A stretch of DNA of 64,000 nt. It comes from Mobula hypostoma (Eukaryota). The number at the start of each line of letters is the position of its first letter. Position 1 is the first letter of the stretch. Made by a program: the position numbers and the translations under genes. The notes beneath the pieces are model-generated. The model made no database searches and was not told where the DNA came from. It was given only the letters and a program-made list of their open reading frames with translations. Positions 21,861-34,989 of the stretch are shown here, piece after piece. The stretch is taken from positions 82,958,001-83,022,000 of the forward strand of contig NC_086108.1 of the NCBI RefSeq assembly GCF_963921235.1, in the 5' to 3' direction.

Positions 21861-24712
21861 TTAGACTTCAGCAGACAGGTGGTAAATCTCCCTCATCCTG
21901 CTTGCACGACCCGGTGATGATGGCTCCATCAGTTTGACCAGAATATCTTCAACTGGTACGAAGCACATACCCTTTCCACCTAGTTTTGGTTGGAAGTGCA
22001 TGTTGGGCCCATGAGGGTGGAAAAATTCCACTTGAACATCTTGATGATGACCATCCACAGTGACAGCCTTTGCTAACCACCAATTTTGGTCATAAATCAC
22101 TGCAAGCTACTCTCCACAATTAATGACACCAGCAGATATATCTGTCGTAGTCCCATCAGGACCACTCTGGGGTTCCTGCTCCATTTCCTCCATCAGTGTT
22201 GCCAAAGGCCCCCTGTTCTTTCCCATTGTGGTAGGGCCATCATTCTCCTCAGCCTGTACCCTGGCATGTGTATTTTCAGTCAACTGAAATGTTGTTGGGC
22301 TGAAACACTGGCGCATCTGTGGCTCACTGCAGAACCATGACAATGATCTGCAATGGTTGCTGTTTCCATAAGGTATGACCTGATGGATTTTCCTCGTTGG
22401 TGGTACAGGTTTTAGTGGTTGAGAAAGGAGTGCATCATATGTCTGCATGACACCTTCAGCAATATGATAGAGCTGAGTACTGCAAAGGCTTCTCCCAACC
22501 ATCTCATGGAAGATCTTGCCATCCATAATGTCATTCCCCCATAGTACAAGGCTGTCTGCAGTCCTTTTCACAGGTCTCCCAATGCCATCTGGAGCTCCCT
22601 TCCCATGTGAAGTGGCGAGGAAGTTCCAGGTTGTTCTCTGGAAACCCAGTGTTGGAGGGACATTGCAGAGGAGATAGAAGTTCTTTTTGTGTTTGTACTG
22701 CTTGGTGGGGCCATCTGACCAAAATTGAATGGTATCAACTTTTCGAAATTTTAAACGAATATCTCTGAGGACTGGTTCCATGTGAGTCCAAATGGCAGAA
22801 GCATCCTGTCGCTTGGATTCTGATATTGTACAAAATCCTGTTTTCTCTTCTTTTGTGTAGTACATGCCAGTGTGCAGATTGAACTGTAGGAGGTCCTGAC
22901 CAAAATGGCATGACTGTACCTCAGAACTATATTTGCATTTCTATGCCTCAGAAAAGTCCACATGCACAATTATAGTGCTTTCATTGCAGTTCTGTATCAT
23001 GCTCCTGTATTCCCTGGAATGGTTCTGAGTCAAGCACACGTGTTGTTATTTCACTCTTTAGTTTGTTTTCATACGGTTTGATGAGCTCTGCCAGTGTGCC
23101 ATTGTGCTTCACAAGTCTTGTATTGTAGTGAATTCCATCTGCTGTTTGGTCCTGAACTCTTTCCCATTGCTGCCACTCAACATCGGTCAATTCTTGCTGT
23201 GGGGTGGGAAGTGTGTGCTTGTGGAGACACCGGGTGCAGGAGCGCAGAAGACATAGCCATAGTCATAGTCATACTTTATTGATCCCGAGGGAAATTATGT
23301 TTCGTTACAGTTGCACCAACCAAGAATAGAGTATAAATATAGCAATATAAAACCATAAATAATTAAGTAATAATATGTAAATTATGCCAGATGGAAATAA
23401 GTCCAGGACCAGCCTATTGGCTCAGGGTATCTGACCCTCCAAGGAAGGAGTTGTAAAGTTTGATGGCCACAGGCAGGAATGACTTCCTATGACGCTCTGT
23501 GTTGCACCTCTGTGGAATGAGTCTCTGGCTGAATGTACTCCTGTGCCCAACCAGTACATTATGTAGTGGATGGAAGACATTGTCCAAGACATGCCTCGTT
23601 TGTCTGAGAACATCACACAAGTTCAAAACTATCCTCCAATTTGCTAGACTTGACAATAGCATGTGCTCTTAGGACCTCAAATATCAGCTTTGCATTTTCA
23701 TGGTATTGGCATTGGCATGTCTTTCAATCTGATGGTTTTGGTGCTGTGACATAGAATGGACGTAAAGCACAGGAGGATGAATAACTGAGTTTTACAGTTG
23801 GTTCCTTTTTGATGAACTCCCTGTGGAGGTTGAATATTGTGTCAGTCAGAATCATTCTCTGATGCTTTATTTTCTTCCGTGTTATTGTGTCCTGTTTGTC
23901 AGACATCATTCGTGCAGCATTATGGTAGAAATCCTGTACCATCTGGGTTATTGTTTGAATGTAAGTTGTTTTTTTATCAGTACTCCTTCTCTTTCTCAGT
24001 GTGTTGTATGTTAACCCAAACTGCCTTGTCTGGTGTGTTAGGCGATATTTCTTTAGAACCCTGCCAAACAGAGTCAAGTTCTTTGATTTTTGAGCAGACT
24101 GTAAATTATTTTTGCTTTGATTAAATTCTTGAATGAGACAGTTGTGGAAGAACAGGGTTTTCTTGATGGAGGGGTTTTTGAGTTTGCTTTCCTGTAGCAT
24201 CTGCTCTGTTCTTTTTTCTTGGTGATTCTTGTGTTCTTTAATTCTAGTTTGCTGTCATCGCCAATATATTTTCAGTTTGTTCCTACCTTTTATTATCTCT
24301 TGAAGTTTATTTTTCAAAGCTTTCATCTCTCTCAAGTATCTTGCTCTTGTTTTCTTTCTTTCCCTTTCCCCTGCTATAGACTGCCTACTGCAAGCTGGCT
24401 CCTGTGTACAGTAGTCTGATCCAATGGACTATCTGGTGGAGTTTCTGGGCGTTCTGGGCCCTTTCTCTTACGCTTTCTTGACTCTTGCTGTCTATGTTTC
24501 CACGCCTTTCTCTTACTCCTCTTTCCCCTTTCACTCAAATCGCTAATAGTTTTTATCTTCCCATCCTCTACTCTCTTCTTCCAGCTTTGCTTTTCCTTTC
24601 TCATGTATTTCTCCTTTACCTCTGGCTCACTATATATTTTCTCTCTCCGCTTTTTATGGTATTCCCTGTTTCTTCTCCTTCACTCCTCCACTGATAGCTG
24701 CTGCCTAGCCAT
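21861..24712 (-). pseudogene. Sola2-type DDD transposase pseudogene
   Basis: In order: a basic N-terminus from the ATG at 24712; LRPFYV...CQYHEN; C..RSCTRC; VEWQQW; VHVDFSE; EVQSCHF; FWSDGPTKQYK; NFLATSHGKGAPDGIG; TRKIHQ; RSLSWFC; and C-terminal YDQNWWLAK...VEFFHPHGP. It carries several stops and frameshifts. Confidence 0.8.
23255..23585 (-). mobile_element. Rex1/Babar-like 3' fragment inserted in the transposase
   Basis: HPLHNVL...RCNTERHRKSFLPVAIKLYN, (ACTATG)n tail, and AAGACAT duplicated at 23248-23254 and 23586-23592. Confidence 0.88.
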
Positions 24713-25949
24713 AACTTCCTAAAATACATAAAAGGAAGGTCAGAATTCAATGGAATTACTATGAAATTGTGCAAAATTACTATGAATTTAATTATGTTTA
24801 ATTTGGTGAAATTTTATAAAATGATTATGAAATGGTGCAACTAAATTAATTTATGGTTTTAGTCATTGGGGATACATATAGTAAGGAAATATTGTAGGCC
24901 TATGTGTGGAAGAAATAAAAGAGAAATTATGTATATTATAAATAAAGAGGTTAATGAAACATTACAAGCCATATTACTATTTATTTTGATCATAAATTAT
25001 ATTCAAGCCTCCATTGAGGATGATTTGGATGTTTTTGTCAACACTGTCAAACTATGTGTCACCACCATCAGGCAGGAAACCTGACGGTGTTGACAAAACA
25101 CACTTTTTTACATGACATGCATAAGTTGTATACAGGAGCCATCTTGTTTTCCCTCTGTTGCTCACTGCCCCTGGCCTCGACTTAGACTGCATAAATTTAT
25201 GTCATAATTTAAAATAATTCTTTCTATACAAAAGAGACAGTGAGGACACATCATGATTGTGACAGTAGCAACATCAGGAAATCTGTAAAAATTATTGAAA
25301 AAAATAGCAAACGTACAGGAGCTTGTTTGACCTTGTTGCATTTAGCAGATGTGGTGGGTGGAAAGGGGGTCCTCAGGAATATAGTTGACCATGTGGTTGC
25401 CTGATTTTATTGCTTTTTTTATATATAAATACCTGACGGGGTTGACAAAAACTTGGGACACATTTTGAGCAACCACAAAATAAGAGTAAATATTATTGAA
25501 AATTCATTGCTTTTAGGTTTAAAGAGGTTTTTCACTCTACTCTTTCATGTGGCATATATATTATACATTTTAAATGATTTTTTCACACTTTTTTATCAAA
25601 TTGAAATGATAATCTCTTGTCTGAGGACAACTGATTTTGTGGGTACTGGGCTATCATATGAACATATAATTCATAAAATTAAAAATAAACATATGAAAAG
25701 ATGTGGCATTTGTGCAAAAGACCCTCAGATGATCAACCCTGATTATTTTAAATAAGAAAATGTTATTCATTTCCAATGGAATTAGCACGTTTCTTAGTGG
25801 GACATGTTTTCGCTGAAGTCTCAATAAAAGATTTTCATGTAACCTTTTTAACTTCCTCTTAAATGAAACTTCTGTTTTAACATTAGTTTGGCTGGAGTCA
25901 AAAATTGAGTAATTTCAATGTGAAAAATTGAATGGAAGGCATCATAGAT

Positions 25950-27605
25950 TTTTATAAAGACATTTATAGATGAGAGCGTCCCTACACAATCATTTATAGA
26001 GTCTTCTCCAACCAGAAGCCTTGGATGAACCAAGAGATCCACAATCTGCTGAGGGCAGTTCAGTGGCATTCAGGTCTGGCAACCAAAGAAAATACAAGAG
26101 GTCCATGTGCAACCTCCAGAAAGCCATTTCACATGCGAAGTGGCACTTCCAGACCAAACTGGGATCACAGAAAGATGCTCAACAGCTGTGGCAAGACTTG
26201 AAAGCTATCACCTTCTACAAAGTAAAACCAAGTGACATCAAGGTTTTGGTCCCAGATGAGCCCAATGTCTTTAATGCTCGCTTCATCAACAAAATATGGA
26301 GACACCTTCACGAACTCGCAAAAACCAGAATGAGCCTGTGATTTCAGTGTCTGAGGCCGATGTGAGAGCATCCTTCAGGAGGTGAACCATGGACAGCTAC
26401 TCGCCCAGACAGGATAGCTGGCTGAGTTCTGAAGACCAATGCTGATCAACCGTCTGGAGTTCTCACTGTTATCTTTAATCTCTCACTTTGGCAGTCTGAG
26501 CTACCCACCTGCTTCAATTGTACCAGTGCCCAAGAAGAACCTGGTAACCTTGCCTCAATAACTATCATCCAGTAGCAATTATATAGTGTATCCACTGTGA
26601 TGAAGTGCTTTGAGAGGCTGGTGATGAAACATATCAACTACTACCTGAGGAACAACTTGCATCCATCCCTCGAGTTTGCCTACCAGCACAATAGGTCCTC
26701 AAACCTGGAACATCCAGACAATGAGGATGCATACGTCAGGATGCTCTTCATTGCCTACAGTTCAGCATTCAATACTGTCGTCCCTCAAAACTTATAATAA
26801 GCTCAAGAACATAGGCCGCAGTACATCCTTGTGCAACAGAATCCTCATTTCCCAGTCAGTTCGCATTGGCAAGAGCATCTCCTCCACAATCTCCATCAGC
26901 ACAGGTGCACCACAAGGTTGTACTGCTCTACTCACTTTATGTTTATGAATGTGAGGCTAAGCACAGCTCTGATGTGATATTTAAGTTTGCTGTCGTTGGT
27001 CAAATCAAAAATGGTGATGAATCAGCGCATAGGAAGGAGACTGAAAATGGCTGAATGGCGCCACAGCACAAACCTCTCTCTCAATGTCGGCAAAACCAAA
27101 AAGCTGATTATTGACTACAGGAGGAGGAAATCAGAGGTCCTTGAGCCAGTCCTCATCAGGAGATCAGAACTGGAGGGGGCCAACAACTTTAAATTCCTTA
27201 GCTTTATTATTTCAGAGGAACTGTTCTGAGTCCAGCGCCATTACAAAGAATGCACAGCCACACCTCTATAAGATTCGGCATGCCATTTCAAACTCCGACA
27301 AACTTCTATTGATGTGCGGTGGAAAGTATACAGACAGGTTTAGTCATGGCCTAACATGGAGACATCAATTCCCCTATATGGAAAAGCCTACAAAAAGTAG
27401 CCTATCCCAGTCCATCACATGGAGCACATCTACACAGAGCGCTGTCACAGTAAAGCAACATCCATCATTGTGGACCATCCAGGCCATACTCCCTTCTCGC
27501 TGCTGACATCAGGTAGGAGATAGAGGAACTTCAAGATCCACACCACCTGGATCAGCAAGAGTTATTATCCCTCAGCCATCTGGTCCTTGAACCAGAGAGG
27601 ATAAT
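25950..27605 (+). mobile_element. Decayed Rex1/Babar-like LINE
   Basis: [36 protein letters not shown] and LSLNVGKTKKLIIDYRR. Confidence 0.9.
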
Positions 27606-30000
27606 GTAAATATGCTTATACAAAGTGAAGAAGTATCATGGATTTTCTCACAAGGGATGGAAGTGGATCATACTAACCCATTCACAAGTCTTAATATATA
27701 TAACAGATGTTATCTAATGCATTATTTTTACATTATAAGGAAGAGAATGAAGTTACACTGCCATTTGCATTGCATTTATGTAAAGACAATATTTCTTAAG
27801 TAGCCTAATAGTTCTTGCAGGATTTGCTGAGAAATGAGTAGATGAATGAAATGACTTCCATGATTTTCTTCATCTGTGACATCACACATACAAAATTAAA
27901 AACTATATTCACACCTTGGACCATCACCAACTCTTTGTTCATGCTAAAGAAACAGTAAAGATAAGATAAAATCAGATGTATCAGTATTATAGTGGAGTAA
28001 AGGGAATTACAGAGAGGTGAGAGAGGAGCTGGTCAAAGTTCATTGGAAGGGGGCCACAAAAAGAGATAACAGCAGAACAGCAATGGCTGGAGTTTCTGGG
28101 AGCAATTTGGAAAGTGCAGGATGGATATATCCCAAAGAAGAATACTTAAACTAATGGGAGGATGAGGCAACCATGGTTGACAAGGGAAATCAGAGACATC
28201 ATAAAAGCAAAAGAGAGGGCGTATAATATAGCAGTGGGAAGTTAAAGGGTTGGGAGTCTTTTAAAAACCAACAGAAGGCAACTGAAAAAGCAATAAAGAG
28301 AAAAAGCACGAACTATAAAGGTAAGATAGCCAATAATATAAAAGAGTGTATTAGAGGAAGGTTTTTTACTCAGAAAGTGGTTGGTGCGTGGAATGCACTG
28401 CCTGAGTCAGTGGTAGAGGCAGATACACTAGTGAAATTTAAGAGACTACTAGACAGATATATGGAGGGATTTAAGGTGAGGAGTTATATGGGAGGCAAGG
28501 TTTAAGGGTCGGCACAACATTGTGGGCCGAAGGGCCTGTAATGTGCTGTACTGTTCTATGTTCTATGTAAAAGATTTTTCAGATATATAAAGAATGAAAG
28601 AGAGGCAAAAGTGGATATTAGACTGCTGGAAAATGATAGGGGGCATAAGTGTGTACAGTTGCTATTATTATTATTTTTATTATTGTTTATAGGCTGATTT
28701 GTTACCTCTCTCAACCCTATTCTCCTGCCTTCTCCCAGTACTCTATGGCACCCTGACAAATCAAGAACCTATCAACCTCTGCTTTAAATTTTCACATTGA
28801 CTTGGCCTCCATAGCCATCTGGAGCAACAAATTTCACAGATTCATTACCTACTGACAAAAGAAATTCTCCTAATTTCTATTCTAAAAGGACATCCCTCTG
28901 TTCTGGAGCTGTGCTCACTGGTCCTAGACCCCCCCACCCCACCCCCACTATAGGAAACGTCCTCTCCACATCCATTCTATCTAGGCCTTACAATATTCAA
29001 TGAGCTCTCCTCTCATTCTTCGAAGCTCGAGCAACTACAGGCCCAGAGCCATCACATTGGCCCTCATACATTAACCTTTCATTCCTGAAATCATTCTCAT
29101 GAACTTTATCTGGACCCAGTGAAGGTAACAGAAGGCAACTGAAAAAGCCATAAGGAGAGAAAAGATGAAATATGAAGGCAAGCTAGCCAATAGGATCAAA
29201 GAGGATACCAAAAGATTTTTTTCAGATGTATAAAGAGTAAAAGAGAGGCGAGAATGGATATTGAACTGCTGGAAAATTATAATGGAGAGACAGTAATGGT
29301 GGACAATGAAAGAACAGGCAAACTTAATAAGTATTTTGCTTCAGTCTTCACTGTGGAAGACACTAGCAGTATGCCATAAATATAAGAGTATCAGGGGGCT
29401 GAAGTGAGTACAGTTGCTATTACTAAGGAGAAGGTGCTTGGGAAGCTGAAAGGTCTAAAGGTAGATAATTCACCTGGATCATATGGACTACACCCCAGAG
29501 TTCTGAAAGAAGTAGCTGAAGATATTGTGGAGGCAGTAGTATTGGGATCTTTCAAGAATCACTAGATTCTGGAATGGTTCAAGAGGACTTGAAAATCACA
29601 TATGTCACTCAACTCTTTAAGAAGGGAGGGAAGCAGAAGAAGAGAAGTTATAGGCCAATTAGCCTGACTTCTGTGATTGGAAAGTCTATAGTAAGGATGA
29701 GGTTTTGGAGTTCTTGGAGGGAAATGATAAAATAGGCCAAAGTCAGCATGGTTTTCTAAAGGGGAAATGTTGCCTGACAAATCTGTTGGAATTCTTTGAG
29801 CAAATTACAGGCAGGATAGACAAATTAGAGTCATTGGATATTGTTTACTTGGGTTTTCAGAATAGCTTTGACAACGTGCCAGACATGAGGCTGTTAAACA
29901 AAATAAGAGCTGGTGGTATTACAAGAAAGATACTAGCATGGAGAGAAGATTGGCTGTCGGGCAGGAGGCAAAGGGTGGGAATAGAGGTGGCCTTTTCTGG

Positions 30001-31360
30001 TTCAAAGTAAATTTATTATTGAAGTATATATATGTCACTATTTCAACTCTGATTCATTTTCTTGTGAGTATTCACTGTAGATATAAAGGAACATATTGGA
30101 ATCAATGACAAATTGCACACAAGATGAAAAATTCACAAATGTGCAAAAGACAACAAACAGCGCAAATATAAAAGAAAATAATAATTAACAAATAAATAAA
30201 TAAGCAGTATATATAGAGAACATGAGATGAACAGTCCTTGAAAGTGAGACCATAGGTTGTGGGAATAATTAAGTGTTGGGGTGAGTGAAGTTGAGTGATG
30301 TTATCCCCTCTGCTTCAAGAGCCTGATGGCTGATTGGTAATAACTATTGCTGAACCTGTTGTTTTGGGTCCTGAGGCTCCCATACCTCCTTCCTGATGAC
30401 AGCATCGAGAAGAGAGCATGACCTGGATGGGAGGGATCCTTAATGATGGAGGCTGTTTTCCTGTGACAGCACTCCTGGTAGATGTGCTCAATGATAGGAA
30501 GGGACTTACCTGTGTTGGACTGGGCTGCTTCCACTAGATTTTGTAGGATTTTCCATTGAGAGGCATTGGTGTGTTGCATCCAGTCAGGATACTCTGCACT
30601 GTGCATCTATAGAAGTTTGTCAAAGTCTCAGATGACATGCCAAATTTTCAGAAACTTCAAAAAAACAAACAGGCACTGCCATGCCTTCTTGGTAATGGCA
30701 CTTAAATGCTGGACTAGAACAGATCCTCTGAAATGATAACACTAAGGAATTTCAAGCTGCTAACCCTCACCACCTCTAATCCCTCGATGAGGACTGCCTC
30801 ATGGACCTCCAGATTCCTCCACCTGCAGTCAATAAAATAGCTCTTTGGTTTTGCTGACATTGAATGAGAGATTGTTGTTGTGGCCCTGCTCAATGAGTTC
30901 TTCAGTCACCTCCTCTATACTAATTCATTGTCACCTTTGATTTGCCCCACAACAGTGGTGTTATCAGCAAACTTAAATATGGCATTGGAGTTGTTCTTAG
31001 CCACACAATCATAAGTATAAAGTGAGTAGAGTAGGGGGCTAAGCATACAGCCTTGATGCACACCTGTGCTGATGGTGATGTGGAGAAGATGATGTTGCTA
31101 ATCTGAACTGACCATGGTTTGCAAATGAGGAAATCAAGCATCCAGTTGTGCAAGGAGGTATTGAGGTCTACATTTTGGAACTTATTAATTAGTTTTGAAG
31201 GGGTGATAATAGTGACTGCAGAGCTGTAGTCAATGAAGAGCATCTTGATGTATGTACCTCCATTGTCCAGATGTATTAAGAGCCAAAGAATTGGCATCTA
31301 TTGTTCACTTGTTGTGACGGTAGGCAAACTGGAGTGCATCCAAGTCAATCCTCAGGCAGG
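30001..31360 (-). mobile_element. Rex1/Babar-like LINE nested in CR1
   Basis: [12 protein letters not shown] (30920-31297) and HPGHALFSMLSSGRRYGSL (30301-30606). CR1 sequence resumes at about 31360. Confidence 0.88.
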
Positions 31361-31889
31361 CTGACTGCAGGTGACTATTGGTATTCTGCTGGGATCAGTG
31401 TTGGGACTCCTTCTTTTCTTGTTATATGATTTGGATAATGGAATTGATGGCGTTATGACCATAAAGATCAGGAAAGTGGGCCAAGCAGTTGCAGATGGAA
31501 TAATGTGTTGGAAAGTGTATGGTTGTGCATGTTGGTAGAAGGAATAAAGCTGTAGATTATTTTTAAATTGTGAGAAAATTTAGAAATCAAAGGTGCAAAG
31601 GAACTTGAGAAGCCTCGTGCAGGATTCTCTAAATGTTAATTTTTAAGATGAGTCCGTGGTAAGAAAAGCAAATGCAATATTAGCGTTCATTTTGAGAGGA
31701 CTAGAATATAAAAGCAAGGATGTAATCCTGAAGCTTTATAATGTGTTTGTCAGACCGCACTTGGGGTTTTGTGAGCAATTTTGGAATGAAAGGGTTAACA
31801 TAAAGGAGCGTTTGATGCCTCTGGGCCTGTACTCACAGGAGTTCAGAAGAATTTGGGGGGGGGCGGGGAGGTGGAATCTCATTGAAACC

Positions 31890-32362
31890 TATTCTGCACA
31901 GGACCAAAAGAGGCTGCAGATGGTTGTAAATTCAGTCGGCTCCATCTTGGGTACCAGCCTACAAAGTACCCAGGACGTCTTCAAGGAGCGGTGTCTCAGA
32001 AAGGCAGCATCCATTATTAAGGACCTCCAGCATCTAGGGCATGCCCTTTTCTCACTTTTACCATCAGGTAGGAGGTACAGAAGCCTGAAGACACACACTC
32101 AGCGATTCAGGAACAGCATCTTCCCCTCTGCCATCCGATTCTTGGACATTGAACCCGTGAACACTACCTCATTTTTTTCATATATATTATTTCTGTTTTT
32201 GCATAATTTTAACATTCAATATATGTAAACCATAATTGATTTACTTATTATTATTGTCATACTTTTCTTCTTCTTCTATATTATGTACTGTATTGAACCA
32301 CTGCTGCTAAGTTAACATTTCATGACACATGCCGGTGATGATCAACCCGATTCTGATTCTGA
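31890..32362 (+). mobile_element. Rex1/Babar-like 3' fragment nested in CR1
   Basis: LFSLLPSGRRYRSLKTHTQRFRNSIFP with a (GATTCT)n tail. Confidence 0.88.
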
Positions 32363-33230
32363 TTTTGAATATTGAAAGGCCTAGAAGGAGTAAATGTGGA
32401 GAGGATGTTTCCTGTGGTGGGGGAGTCTAGAATCAGAAGGCAGAGCCTCAAAATAGAGGGTCATCTCTTTAGGACAGAGATGAGGAATAATTTCTTTAGC
32501 CAAAGTGGTGAATCTGTGGAACTCATTGCCACAGACAGCTGTAGAGGTTGTCATTGGGTATATTTAGAACAGAGGTTGAAAGGCTGTTGATTAATAAGGG
32601 TGTCAAAGATTACTGGGAGAAGGCAAGGGAATGGGTTTGAGAGGCGTAATAGATCAGAGATAATGGAATGTTGGAGCAGACTTGTTAGGCCAAATGACCT
32701 AATTCTGCTCCTACAATATGTCTTATGTCTTACGATCACTAATGATTTCATATTTAATAAGAAAATGACAACTGTTCAGCCCTTATGAGGCAAAATCTTA
32801 CTTAAATCAAAAATCTTTTCTTCTATCAGTTATAACAGATATTGATTACCATAAATTGTCTTTGACAATGAACACCATTCTAACAGTGTTAGTATTTGAA
32901 ATTCATAACTTTTCATTGCAACAAAACAATGTTAGAACAGTTTGAATCTATTATTCATGCCAATGTGAAAGGTGAAATTCATTCTTTTGGGACCAAATGG
33001 AACTGCGAGTAAATACTTATAAGATAGCTGAATGTACAAAAATTGTCAGATGTAATTTAATATCAATAATCATGTAATGACACATGTTGGTTAATAAAAT
33101 AAATGTAACTTCCTCTAAACTGATTCAATCATGAAAATTTATAGCAACTTGCAATTTTACAGATAATTAGAAGTATCAGCAGTCCTAAGACTGTGAGGGT
33201 AAAATAGAGTTTCACTTGTTAATCCCTATT

Positions 33231-33626
33231 TCTTCTTCTTTTGCCCGTTATGCCGCTGGCATTTAGGGCAGCAATGGAGGTTCTCCATCTCTGGCGGTAT
33301 TCACAGCTTCCTTCATTGTGTCAGTAGCTTTCTCTCAGTTTACTGTCAGTCATGCAAGTCCTGGGTAGAGACTCAAGAATACCATCAGACACAGATGTAG
33401 AAGGATTCTTCATTGCTGTTTCCATAACAGTTTTGTTTGACCAGTCAGGATTGTTAGTCCTGAGGTGAACCCCCAAAACCTGGAGGACTGGCAGACCACT
33501 CTTTGTCTGTCCTCTATGCTTTGACCATTTTGGCATGGGTGACCCTGACTCCAGCCAAAATAGCTCTCTGAGTCATTGAGGCATGCAAGCATGCAAATGA
33601 CTACGAGGTTGTGGTCTTCTTGGAGA
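33231..33626 (-). mobile_element. Second copy of the bipartite RTE-derived element
   Basis: Colinear with 18126-18552. It has an (AAG)n tail, an imperfect TSD ATCCCTATT/ATCCCCATT and a small internal deletion. Confidence 0.78.
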
Positions 33627-34989
33627 GTTATCCCCATTAACATATTGTTAAACCCGGGAGCTAATGAAAGGGTGCATCACAGGTTCATTAATTCCGCTTA
33701 CTAGAAGGAAGAATGAAGAAACAGTTAGGTGTCTTACAATTTCAATAGTAAAGATTACAGGACAAAATAATAGGTGAAGAGTTCTGTGGAGCAGTACACT
33801 CATGCTCCAGAGTTTGCATTGTGAGTAGCAAAGGATATCAATTGTTGACACTTGTTAGCATCTAAGTGTCAAGAAGCTCATAAGATTGTTCAGGCACTGT
33901 AAGATAGATTTTCCAGGGGACCCATCGACAGCTAGTTAATACATCTTTCAAGGAGAATTCATATTCACATTGTTGTGATATTCTTTGTTATTAAAGATGT
34001 ACGGTTGAAAGATGCCAGATATCAGGTATAAAAGTGAAATCCTTTCAAAATCTGTCAATACAAATCAGTTTACGTACACCAATTCTGACTCTAGTAAAAT
34101 TCCATACAAAAGATAAAAAGAATGCTTCTAAATAAATCTGAATAAATTGACATGTATACTGTAATACATGTCAGGCATAGCAAACAGACGATCATGGACA
34201 TCTTGCATCCAAATGTCGCAGAGGAAGCACTTCTGGATGATGTTCCCCAATAGTGGAAGGGACACACAGAGCAACTGGACGATTTAAAATTGAAGATAGG
34301 ATGCATCTTTATTGCTATAATGTAAATGTAGAGCTGGGGTTTGATGGCACCTGTGGGACATTGCACCCTTTACTCTGTTTGGCAAGCTTTACAAATCTAT
34401 ACTCAGAGAATGCAGCTTTGCTCAGTATATGTGTACATCATGAGTCGGCGGTGGACAGTGAACCTGCTGAGTTTATAATCCAATGATGAATTTTCCTTTA
34501 AAAACGCTCCAAAAGTTTAGGGACCAACAACATAAATTCTCATTGTATGAATTTCCAATGGAAATTAGAAATAAATTGGCATCTTCAGAATGGAGAAGAA
34601 TTGTTTCAATATCTGAGACTCTCTAGGACACTTCAAATAATTGGTTGGTTAAACTGTCTAAAGGATATTGCCAGTTTCTAAGTAATTTCATGAAAAATAT
34701 GTTCTATTCATGAAACAGTTCACATAGCCAGGTAACACCTTTATGGATGCTGTCTTTCACATTCCCTCTTTCTGGAGCTTACTTCACTGTGGCAACAATA
34801 GACTACAGTTAGTCAATGGAAATATTTGGTGACAGAATTAAAAGAATAAAGTCCATGGACTAATATTGCCAAATGACTCATGCGTTATGAATGGTGTGAG
34901 AAACAAAATAATTGGAGCAGGGTGCATTTGTCCGAACAGGCGTACTGATGGAGATGATCCATGACTGCCTGCCTCCCATGAAAACAAAA

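Larger units (their letters stand above)
21480..25730 (-). mobile_element. Near-complete decayed Sola2-like DNA transposon (ends not resolved)
   Basis: A fragmented transposase with AT-rich flanks on both sides and repeated 20-bp motifs at 25031-25098 and 25431-25450. No convincing TIR or TSD pair was found. Confidence 0.65.
27990..32740 (+). mobile_element. Nested CR1 cluster: at least two plus-strand CR1 copies with CR1 3' inserts (28345-28567 plus, 28690-29115 minus) and Rex1 inserts
   Basis: QHGFLKGKCCLTNLLEFFE (29705), GLEYKSKDVILKLY (31656) and FRTEMRNNFFSQ (32372). The same consensus segment appears at both about 28270 and about 29130. Confidence 0.85.

Noticed and set aside
21470..25745. 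Terminal inverted repeats and 4-bp TSD for the Sola-like element (AGGG.../...CCCT)
   Set aside because: Only 4-5 bp match and the flanking tetramers disagree, so the termini are left unresolved.
33773..34252. Plus-strand exon pair VKSSVEQYTHAPEFAL + HSKQTIMDILHPNVAEEALLDDVPQ*
   Set aside because: The phases fit and the donor is gtgagt, but both acceptors lack polypyrimidine tracts and equally plausible frames exist on the other strand. No homology recognised.
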